DNA from: Vulcanimicrobiota bacterium
GTDB taxonomy: Bacteria > Vulcanimicrobiota > Vulcanimicrobiia > Vulcanimicrobiales > Vulcanimicrobiaceae
Direction of reading: 5' to 3'
Assembly: GCA_963820825.1 (NCBI GenBank)
Contig: CAWGBN010000006.1
Span: 416,001 to 480,000 of the forward strand
DNA length: 64,000 nt
The notes below the pieces were generated by a model, which did no database searches, was not told where the DNA came from, and saw only the letters and a program-made list of their open reading frames with translations. Position 1 is the stretch's first letter, and the number at the start of each line of letters is the position of its first letter. Positions 56,082-64,000 of this stretch are shown piece by piece. The position numbers and the translations under genes were made by a program.

Positions 56082-56975
56082 ATGTCCACGCTGTTTTCAG
56101 AGGACGATACCCCCCGGAAACGGGCTACGTTCCGGGTTCAAAGCCTCAACGCGCTTGGTGAGTTTTCGGCACCACAAGAGTACCGGGTATTCGAGCTTAC
56201 CGACGCCGAGTTCAACTCCGCCCGTCAGGCCGTGGAATATTCCCGGGAGCGGATCAAGGCGAACGGCGGAAGGTGCGGCTATCGCAGCATCGATAAGCGC
56301 GCCGGTCGCGAAGGGTCAGGGTGGGCGAAAGAGCTTCTGAGCGGGGAGCCGCGCAAGTGGAGCTTTAACGCGGCCATGAAGCTCATGGGCGCCATTGAGG
56401 AGTGCGAACGCGGGCGAGTGCTTAGGGCGCTTTGCGTGAAGAACGGCACCAGCGAACAAGAGCTTCAGCGACGCCACGAGGATTGGCGGGCGGCTGCGAT
56501 CGCAAGCGCTGCGAAGAAGACCGGCGAGGTTGTCGGTGGAATTGAAGTCACGTGGGGCGGAGCGATTCCGCTGGAGTTTGACGATTTCGTCACTAGCCAA
56601 TGCGACAGAGAAACGATGCAGACGATTGACGGCGCTCGACATGCGCTGCTCTTTCGTCAAGTCGTCTCGAGCGGTACGAGTTCGGGCGAGCCGTATCAGT
56701 GCGCCATGCTCTACGAGCCGGATGCAGCATTCGCGATCGCCGCGACAATATCGCGTTACCTCTCCGATAAGGGGATGATCTACGGGGCCGCGGGCGAGCA
56801 GTACAAAAAAGTCTTCCCCGTGCTGTTGGAGCTTCTTAGAACAACCGATGATGACCTTCAATCGTTTCGCAATCGATGCCGGTGGACATTCTGGTCACAT
56901 TTCCGACGATGGGACCCGGAGGCCGTTATGGAAATAGAGCGTCGGATGAACGCGCTGAACGTGGGGATGGGCTAA
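56082..56975 (+). CDS. Hypothetical protein divergent from xis (possible element regulator)
   Basis: 297-aa ORF with GAGGGGG RBS, at the position occupied by repressors in satellites; weak HTH-like segment. Confidence 0.55.
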   Translation: MSTLFSEDDTPRKRATFRVQSLNALGEFSAPQEYRVFELTDAEFNSARQAVEYSRERIKANGGRCGYRSIDKRAGREGSGWAKELLSGEPRKWSFNAAMKLMGAIEECERGRVLRALCVKNGTSEQELQRRHEDWRAAAIASAAKKTGEVVGGIEVTWGGAIPLEFDDFVTSQCDRETMQTIDGARHALLFRQVVSSGTSSGEPYQCAMLYEPDAAFAIAATISRYLSDKGMIYGAAGEQYKKVFPVLLELLRTTDDDLQSFRNRCRWTFWSHFRRWDPEAVMEIERRMNALNVGMG

Positions 56976-57048
56976 TAAGCATGATTGCATACTTGACATG
57001 GAATCGCGGGCCACAAGCTATCGGCGCCATGCCGCTTCCGCCTGCGCC

Positions 57049-57272
57049 ATGAAAAACCGCCTTTATTACGGCGACAACCTGGACATCATGCGCCGGTATC
57101 TTCATCACAGCCATCTTATCGAGATCCGCGGCAAGAGCTATCGCCTTCACGAATCGAGCGTTGCGGCACGCCAACGCAAGGTTCGGGAACCCGCCTAGCC
57201 AAGAAGGAATGCCATATAACTCCTTCTGAGCTAGACGACGGCTTTTGGCCGCATTTCAAGTGGCCACCGAGG
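57049..57272 (+). pseudogene. Chimeric relic: DNA methyltransferase N-terminus fused to an IS21 IstB C-terminus and possible IS end
   Basis: MKNRLYYGDNLDIMRRYL (N6/N4-MTase start) joined to HHSHLIEIRGKSYRL (IstB terminal motif); TGGCCGCATTTCAAGTGGCCACCGAGG downstream. Confidence 0.65.
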
Positions 57273-57633
57273 CGGTACGCCGCCCGGGATCAAAGGCTTC
57301 TGATGCGTCGTCGAGCCAAGGGAGGCCCACCACTGACGAGCTGCCTTGCGATTTGCAAAACAGCTATGGCAGTGGTCCGCGCAGAGAGGGTATCCCTTTT
57401 GAGCGCCGGGCGCCTCTTATAATAGGCACCTGCTAATAGGCACCTGCCCCATGCGGTGGTCGCTGACGAGCTGGTATTATCGCTTCGGATGCTGCTAGGC
57501 CATTGCCTATCCGGCATTTCTGCGGGATGGCTAGAATCGCCGCGGAGTTCGCGAATTGGCGGCTCAGCCCTTTCCGAGATTGACTAACGTACCTTGCCTT
57601 AAAGGCAGAACGTCCGGAGGAGTTTACTTAACC

Positions 57634-58671
57634 ATGATTTGCTTAGATTCGATTAAGCGCGGCGCCACAATAGCAACGGTCTTAATGGCCGTCGTAGGGT
57701 GCAGCAACGGTCCCGGTATCTCTCCGTCGGCGATGGTAAGCGCGCCCACCATCAAAGACCTTGCGACGGGCGACCTACGGCCTCTTGGCCAGCACAAACT
57801 TCGGGGCAACGTGGCTCCTGCCGCCGCAACGCGCGGCATTTACGTCGCTCCGGTCAGTGCAGGCTATGTCCTTGGATACAAATACAATAACTCCAAGAAT
57901 AAAGGTACCATCTGTACCATCAAGGGTGCCCCGGGAAATAATCTCAGCGCGGATCAGCATGGAAACTTGATTGACCCAGATGCGGACCCCTACTTGCCTC
58001 ATATGATAGAGGTCTATCAAGGACGGGAGATGTGTGGGACACTTGCTGGGGAAATCCAGGACCCATACGGGCAGCCCTCCGACGCGGCGAGCGGGAACGC
58101 ACTAACACGTGAAATCGCAGTCGCAAATATATTCGATGACTATAACCAGCCAGGCAGCATTTCGGTCTGCTCGCTCGCAAGCGGTTGCACACGTAATCTC
58201 ACGAATCCGGCCATGTACGTCGTCCTTGGCGTTGCTATGGACCGCCGCGGGAACTGCTGGGCAGACGCAAATGACTATTCGAATAAGTCTCACTTAGTCT
58301 ACTTTGCGCACTGCAATGGCGTCGGAGCACTTGCAACAGGTTTCGAAAATACCTCGTACGGTGGCCTGGATGTTGACTCAGACGGCAATCTGGTAACCAT
58401 TAGTGCACACCAATACGCGGTTTACGTGTACTCTGGCTGTAAGCCAGCTTGTACACTCGTTGGCGGGCCAATGTCGTTGATTGGCGGTTCCATTTTTGGA
58501 CACTTGAACCACGCGGGGACGAAGTTCGCGGTTGCTGATATTACAAATCACCAAATCGATATCTATAACTACACGCCGACAAGTCTAGTCTATCAATATA
58601 GCTTCAACAAGGGGCTCTCGCCGAGTCAGGAAATCCTCGGGGTTACCTACAGTCCCGGCTCAAAACGATAG
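57634..58671 (+). CDS. Secreted lipoprotein, NHL-like beta-propeller
   Basis: VVGC lipobox; GVAMDRRGNCW and GLDVDSDGNL repeats; Cys-rich. Confidence 0.65.
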   Translation: MICLDSIKRGATIATVLMAVVGCSNGPGISPSAMVSAPTIKDLATGDLRPLGQHKLRGNVAPAAATRGIYVAPVSAGYVLGYKYNNSKNKGTICTIKGAPGNNLSADQHGNLIDPDADPYLPHMIEVYQGREMCGTLAGEIQDPYGQPSDAASGNALTREIAVANIFDDYNQPGSISVCSLASGCTRNLTNPAMYVVLGVAMDRRGNCWADANDYSNKSHLVYFAHCNGVGALATGFENTSYGGLDVDSDGNLVTISAHQYAVYVYSGCKPACTLVGGPMSLIGGSIFGHLNHAGTKFAVADITNHQIDIYNYTPTSLVYQYSFNKGLSPSQEILGVTYSPGSKR

Positions 58672-58841
58672 CGCACTTCAGCTCAGAGGAAACGCCTGGC
58701 TGAGATACGCCGGAAGAGCACCTACGGGTGATCGGCGAGGGAAAACAAAACCTGCGGTGCTCTTTCCTAAAAATGACGTTTTCCAGTGTGTACACGGAAA
58801 TAGGCAACATTTAGAAATTAACTCGTAAGGAAGGAAGTGAA

Positions 58842-59654
58842 GTGCGGCCCATAAAGGTCGGCATAATCGGTTTTGGGACAATCGGCCGGGCGATCGGCGC
58901 AAGAATTCGCGAGCACGCTTCCGTCAGCGATGTTTATGCCACTAACCGAAGTGGAAAGTTTCCGTCGGAACTCCATGGTTTTGTTACTGGATATGGGAAT
59001 CACGCTACGGCAGAGCGTACAGATGTCGTAATGCTCTGCGTAAAACCACTTCAGCTTAGAGGAGTACTTCGAGAAATAGCTGCTGCCTTAAATGGCGATA
59101 AGATCCTCGTAACTTGCGCAGGATCGTTATCCACTGTAACAATTTGCGATTGGCTCGGTAAGGCCGTTCCCGTGATTCGTGCGATGCCGAATATGCCGTG
59201 CAGGATAGGCCAAGGTATGACGGCTCTTGCCCGTGGGCACGGCGTGACATCCGAGCAGTTAGCGATCGTTGAATCTCTCTTTGCGGCGATAGGGCGTATT
59301 GCACTAATTGATGAGCATCTAATGAATGCTGCAACCGCGATCAGCGGCTGTGGCCCCGCATATGCGTACTTGGTAATGGAAGCGCTGTACGAGGCGGGCG
59401 TAAGACTGGGTTTACCAAGAGAAGTCGCGAGGCTGCTAGTGGCCCAAACCACGATGGGTTCTGCAAAGGTGCTTCTGGAAACGGATCTGAATCCGGCACT
59501 CTTGAAAGACGAGGTTGCAACCCCCGCCGGCTGCACGGTTGAGGGATTAGCAGAACTGGAAGAGGGGAGAATCCGACATGCCTTCCTGCGAGCCGCTGAG
59601 GCTGCAGCTAAGCGCAGCATAAGTCTCACAGCAGAGGCCGCTTCTGAGATGTGA
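58842..59654 (+). CDS. proC: Pyrroline-5-carboxylate reductase
   Basis: GFGTIG, CVKP, RAMPN, TAISGCGPAY, LKDEVATPAGCTVEGL. Confidence 0.92.
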   Translation: MRPIKVGIIGFGTIGRAIGARIREHASVSDVYATNRSGKFPSELHGFVTGYGNHATAERTDVVMLCVKPLQLRGVLREIAAALNGDKILVTCAGSLSTVTICDWLGKAVPVIRAMPNMPCRIGQGMTALARGHGVTSEQLAIVESLFAAIGRIALIDEHLMNAATAISGCGPAYAYLVMEALYEAGVRLGLPREVARLLVAQTTMGSAKVLLETDLNPALLKDEVATPAGCTVEGLAELEEGRIRHAFLRAAEAAAKRSISLTAEAASEM

Positions 59655-59806
59655 CGGGTGAACCCCTTCCGACGAAGGGAAGACCCCGACGAAAGGTAAC
59701 GGTGATCATGAGTTTATGAAGGAGCGCTGATTCCGCTTATTTAAGGTTTGCTCCGCCTTGGATGCCGCGTAGCATTGCGAAAAAGTGGACTTAGCTGGCG
59801 CTTGTA

Positions 59807-62491
59807 TTGGTGAGTGCAATAGTGGAACACGGTTCAGATATGCGCGCTCCTGCGACGGTCAAAGTGTCATCGTCTAGCGACGCGACGAGCCTTGGAGTAG
59901 GTAGTCGGCCCAAAGTTCCTTTGCTGAATTCGCGGGCCGCGCTGACCGCTGTTCAGGATATTCTGCTTCAGGAAGCAGCAAGTGGAGCGACTATTTTGGT
60001 CGGCGCTGAACGTGGCCTGGGGAAAACTCATTTTCTCGACCAGGTCAAGCGTTTTGCAAGTGCTCAGGATGCAGTTGTCGATTATCAAAGCGGATCAGAC
60101 CTACTGGCAGACCGAGGTAACTGGTCTGGGCCAGTCGGTATTGGCACGCGGCGCTGGGGCGTCTCCATAATCGACGACCTACATGCAGTGAAGGCAAGCG
60201 TGCTGCGGGGCTTTGTACAACTGTGTGAAGTGTCGACGAAGCGTCCAGTTCTTTTGTTAGCCTCGTATATTGACGATTACTCCGTGCTCAGCGAAAACGT
60301 CAGTGATGCCATTTCCCGTGCGATCCACTTGGGTGCGTCTTGCCTATACCTGGCACCTCTCGACGATCGCGATATGCTGTTACTTTTTGAATCGCTCGAG
60401 AATAGCTATCACCTGAGTGTCGACAACGAAGTCAAACAAGACATCATTGAGATGGCTAACGGGAACCCAGGCTTACTCAAAGAACTCTTGCGAGACCTCC
60501 GCTCGGGAGTGTTAGATAAGCACTTGGTCCCGACTAGCGTTTACGTTCGCAACGCGCGAGTGCAAGCGCAGATGTCCCCCGACCTCTATGCAATCCTTCA
60601 AACTGCCGCTGTAATCGGAAGTCGTTTTTACTTTGCTCAGCTTTTGGAATTGATCGATGCTTCAGCGACAAAGATAGCCCTGGCGCTACAACTTGCACGT
60701 AATTTGAACGTTATTGCCGAGGACAGAGAAGACTCTAACTGCTTCTTATTCGTGCAACCAGCGATGCGCAAGGCTATCTATCATACGATGATAGCTGTAC
60801 GCCGACGGTACCTTCATGCTCTAGTCGCGGACCAGCTACGGAATGACGATGGCGCGTCGGCGAGCTGGAGTGAGAAAGAGCGCGAGCTAGGACTGCACCT
60901 GATCTCCGCGGGCAGGTCGGAGGCAGCTCTCCCTCATCTGCTGAGGGCGGCCGACTCCGCGTTCGGCGATGGAGACCGTGAGTCTGCTCTCCGTCTTTAC
61001 AAGTATATTCTCCTATCAGTCGGCGAGACTTCTGAGATTTGGCGACATGTTCACGACCGCATCGCCTCGTGTTATCATTTGATGAACGATTCAAGAAAGG
61101 CAATTGCGCATCTACTAGCACTGGGAGACTTCTTCCGTCGAAACGAGGATCTTCGGGGACGCCTCTCGATTCTAGCGAGGCTTATTCGCATATACGACAA
61201 CCATAGCGAGGCGGCGCTTGCCAAGCAGACATTCGAGGAGTTCAAGAGTGTCGCTGCATTAGGGGGCTGTGCTGAGCATGTCGCCGATGGATACTTATTA
61301 TGGACATGGCATCTTTGGTATTCCGGGAAACGAACGGAAGCAACAGCAAATATTAAAGAACTTGTGGCGCGGTGTAAAGACTCATTGAAATCATATGTCC
61401 CTTTAATGCTTGCACAAGGAATCATCTTTGCTAAGGATCGATCGCCGGAAATGACCTTTGGGCTAGTTGAAGAAGCCGCTCACGTAGCTGCCAAGACCAA
61501 CGTTGCCATGTACGGGTACTATCTTCATGCTAGTGAGATGGCATGGGAACTGGGCTACCTGCAACAGGCAATCAATTATAACGAGCGCGCGCGGCTCGAC
61601 ATGTCTCCGTTGAGCCAGCATAACCAAATGCGGAACCAGATGGCGGCGATCATTAGCATGAAGATCGCGCTAGATTTGGGCCGTTTACAATCATTCCGTG
61701 AACACGCGGAATGGCTTCAGCAACATGGGGTATTCAAGGTGCCCACGGCAGCGCTGTCGACGCTTATAGGCGTTCGAATCGGGGACCCGTTGCTGGTGGA
61801 TGATTGGTTTCGCGGCGATTTGTTAGCAGACGAGGTTAGTTCGGGAAATTTCCAGTGGACGAGCTTGCTTATTGCCGGGTTCGCCGAAACGATGGTCTTG
61901 CGTGGATATACAAAGCAACTACGACTTTCTCTTCATCGCATCGTTAGAAGCACGGCACCTGACCCTCGATATTGGATACCGCTCGCGATTGCCCAGCATG
62001 GTTTTCGTGGCGATGTTGCAGCAGCAAGGGAGCGCATCGTGCGCGAAACCCGTGGTCAGAACGCGGCGATTGCAAAGGCGTCTCTAGCTCTGTTTGAAGG
62101 TATTCTTGCCTCGCGGTTTGGCGACAAGCACCAGGCCAAGGTCGACGGGAAGCGGGCTGCTGCCCTCTTCGGGGAACTCGGGTGGCCATTAATGGTTGCG
62201 AAGTCACTAGAAATAGCAGGATGCCTTGAGGCGGCACGCGAGGGATATCGCACCTGTCAAGCTTGGGGTGATGTTTCACGGCTTTCCCTACGGAGTGTCA
62301 AGCGCCGTAGTTCAGACTTAACGCCACGCGAAGCCGAAGTCAAGTTGCTCCTTGAACGAGGCATGAGCAATCTAGAGATCGCCAGTTCCTTGTCCATCAG
62401 CGGGCGGACCGCTGCGCATCACGTCGAGGCGGTCTTGGGTAAACTGGGGTTACGTTCTCGCTGGCAGCTCGTTCAACAGCGTAACTGTTAG
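59807..62491 (+). CDS. STAND/AAA ATPase with TPR-like region and C-terminal LuxR HTH (MalT-like regulator)
   Basis: GAERGLGKT Walker A, IIDDLH Walker B, GNP motif, LTPREAEV...GMSNLEIASSLSISGRTAAHHVEAVLGKLG. Confidence 0.85.
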   Translation: MVSAIVEHGSDMRAPATVKVSSSSDATSLGVGSRPKVPLLNSRAALTAVQDILLQEAASGATILVGAERGLGKTHFLDQVKRFASAQDAVVDYQSGSDLLADRGNWSGPVGIGTRRWGVSIIDDLHAVKASVLRGFVQLCEVSTKRPVLLLASYIDDYSVLSENVSDAISRAIHLGASCLYLAPLDDRDMLLLFESLENSYHLSVDNEVKQDIIEMANGNPGLLKELLRDLRSGVLDKHLVPTSVYVRNARVQAQMSPDLYAILQTAAVIGSRFYFAQLLELIDASATKIALALQLARNLNVIAEDREDSNCFLFVQPAMRKAIYHTMIAVRRRYLHALVADQLRNDDGASASWSEKERELGLHLISAGRSEAALPHLLRAADSAFGDGDRESALRLYKYILLSVGETSEIWRHVHDRIASCYHLMNDSRKAIAHLLALGDFFRRNEDLRGRLSILARLIRIYDNHSEAALAKQTFEEFKSVAALGGCAEHVADGYLLWTWHLWYSGKRTEATANIKELVARCKDSLKSYVPLMLAQGIIFAKDRSPEMTFGLVEEAAHVAAKTNVAMYGYYLHASEMAWELGYLQQAINYNERARLDMSPLSQHNQMRNQMAAIISMKIALDLGRLQSFREHAEWLQQHGVFKVPTAALSTLIGVRIGDPLLVDDWFRGDLLADEVSSGNFQWTSLLIAGFAETMVLRGYTKQLRLSLHRIVRSTAPDPRYWIPLAIAQHGFRGDVAAARERIVRETRGQNAAIAKASLALFEGILASRFGDKHQAKVDGKRAAALFGELGWPLMVAKSLEIAGCLEAAREGYRTCQAWGDVSRLSLRSVKRRSSDLTPREAEVKLLLERGMSNLEIASSLSISGRTAAHHVEAVLGKLGLRSRWQLVQQRNC

Positions 62492-63090
62492 GTGGGGCAT
62501 GACAGCCAGGCAAGAGCGTGCGGATCATTCTATTCTAGCCAAGGCTTATCCGACTTTTCCGACGTCTTGCGGGCGCAACATCGGTCACCGTTTAGGTGCT
62601 CGATGGAGTCTCTCCTTAGGGTACGCCGATGCACTACGTGCGCGACAGCGCACGCTTCGTGCGGGCGCCGCGCGGTCTCCGCGAACTCGATCGCCGGTGG
62701 ACGGCGGCCGAGCGCGACCTGTGGTCGGAGCTCGGGCGTGCCCAAACGGAGCGCGAAAGTTCCTTCGAGTGCGCGATTCGCAGCATCCCAATACCGTTTG
62801 GCGTGAGCGTCAAAATCTGCCATCGCCTGCTGGGCCATTCATACCGATAGTGTTTGGCAGCGCTCCCGGTGCTGACAAGTACGACGAGGAAACAGTATCC
62901 ATTTATAATCGCGAGTTTGCCGCTGGAGCCAAAGAGTTCCGGGAAAACTTTACGGACGGATACTTCGACCCAAAGCTCGATGAAATCATCGGCAATGGTA
63001 GCGCCGGGAATGTGTTGGGATAGGTCCCAAATCGGGAGCCAGGGATAACTGTGGATTTCCGCCCAAACGGGCAAGAGAGGAGATCCACGC

Positions 63091-63195
63091 ATGCGCAAGA
63101 GCCGGTTCACCGAGGCTCAGATCGTCGCGATCGTCCGAGAGTACGATGCCGGCACGCCGGTCGCGGAGTTGGCGCGCAAACCCTCGAGGGGCTGA
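63091..63195 (+). pseudogene. Truncated IS3-family transposase OrfA
   Basis: AGGAG RBS then MRKSRFTEAQIVAIVREYDAGTPVAELARK, followed by an abrupt stop. Confidence 0.8.
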
Positions 63196-63290
63196 CGTGA
63201 GGTGGCGTTTGGCACAACTCATAACTGTGAGGGTGGAATGATTGAAAAGGTTCGGGCGAACTCCTTCGGGGTTCGATAGCCGAGCGAAGA

Positions 63291-63372
63291 ATGCGGGCGG
63301 ATCGCGGGGACAGTGGGCCGATGCCTCCGCTCCACCCTTCGCTAAGCAACTTTGTGCGTAGTGACGTGCAGC
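63291..63372 (-). pseudogene. Diverged fragment of a second integrase
   Basis: 63291-63360 matches 52041-52110 at 52/70 nt without gaps; LRTKLLSEGWSGGIGPLSPRS versus LRTDLVSKGWSGGAGPLSPRS. Confidence 0.8.
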
Positions 63373-63581
63373 CCATGTGGCCTGTGGCCACCTCAGACCG
63401 TTGCACTCAACGCGGCGGCCGGATAGGGGCCTCGTTTTGAACGGCCTTAGCTCCGCGCAGCCAGGGGGCCGCCGGGCCTCTTCTACGGATCATAGCCCCT
63501 GCAGCTGGGGGTGCAGGATCGGCGTAGCGGTCTGAGGTTCTATTGATTTTGCTCTGGCAAACGTGCTATATGCGGAGCATT

Positions 63582-64000
63582 GTGAATCGAGATGTTATCG
63601 ACGATGCGAAAGCGCGCGAAATGAAGCTGCTTAAGGGCTCATGGCTTTCATTGCTTATACTTCTGCTTGGCTTAGCCGGAGCGGTGTTGCTGCAGATCCC
63701 CATCGGCTGGCGTGTAGCGATCGGCGTCGTCGCGGTGGTGGCCGCATACATCGCTCGAAACCAGATTGGGGCGCGCGTTTCTGCGATCGAGGCTGGTAGA
63801 TATGCGCCTTTGCGCCCTGGCGCTGCGGATCGAATAGCCGCCGGCATCAGCGCTGAGACCCCTCAGACGCTCACAATAAACGCGGAATCGGGCAGCGACA
63901 TCGACGACGTGGTCGCGGTGCTGAAAACGGCCCTTGAATCGAAAAAATGGGTCATTACAAAGATTGACCACGGCGCGTTGTGGGATGGGGGGAAAGGCAT
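63582..64000 (+). CDS. Hypothetical membrane protein (partial)
   Basis: Frame open to the window edge; two N-terminal hydrophobic segments (SWLSLLILLLGLAGAVLL; WRVAIGVVAVVAAYI). Confidence 0.55.
   Translation, partial: MNRDVIDDAKAREMKLLKGSWLSLLILLLGLAGAVLLQIPIGWRVAIGVVAVVAAYIARNQIGARVSAIEAGRYAPLRPGAADRIAAGISAETPQTLTINAESGSDIDDVVAVLKTALESKKWVITKIDHGALWDGGKG

Larger units (their letters stand above)
51200..64000. mobile_element. Integrative element (phage-satellite/PICI-like) at selC with cargo; right boundary not seen
   Basis: Integrase abuts the tRNA 3' end; replication/excision module; visibly lower GC in cargo (e.g. 28/60 in line 60421); IS relics. No attR copy found by eye. Confidence 0.75.

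Noticed and set aside
59655..59740. Structured RNA after proC (CCCTTC-CGAC-GAAGGG)
   Set aside because: A single short hairpin with no U-tract and no recognisable riboswitch or ribozyme core.
62492..63023. Intact genes downstream of the LuxR regulator
   Set aside because: Overlapping short ORFs on both strands with no recognisable motifs; probably decayed fragments.

Overview
High-GC diderm bacterial chromosome segment. The many repeat-rich secreted lipoproteins suggest Ca. Eremiobacterota/Vulcanimicrobiota, but this is inference only. From left to right: (1) tsaB/tsaE head-to-head with a gyrA-trxA-selA-fpg operon. (2) A polyamine catabolic locus (gabT-patA-aldehyde dehydrogenase) divergent from a TonB-dependent-like receptor and a Tat-exported flavin amine oxidase, followed by selB. 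(3) Secreted proteins, a frameshifted VPS10/BNR gene and clpB. (4) An S9 peptidase plus a five-gene NHLM-type peptide exporter (TolC, two adaptors, C39-peptidase ABC, second ABC). It faces a 53-aa double-glycine precursor with a 30-aa proline-rich core, and no modifying enzymes are present. (5) typA and about 10 kb of secreted repeat proteins. (6) tRNA-Sec (selC), the apparent integration site of a phage-satellite-like element (tyrosine integrase, serine resolvase, TerS-like, primase-helicase, Xis/AlpA, divergent ORF) with lower-GC cargo (proC, STAND-LuxR regulator) and IS/integrase debris running off the right edge. The best candidates for new biology are the tailoring-free proline-rich peptide export system, the patA 5' end with no canonical in-frame start (AUU start, +1 frameshift at CGG-UGA, or an indel error), the receptor-linked polyamine locus, and the selC satellite whose integrase reads through the tRNA. 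All calls come from motif recognition by eye; no searches were run.
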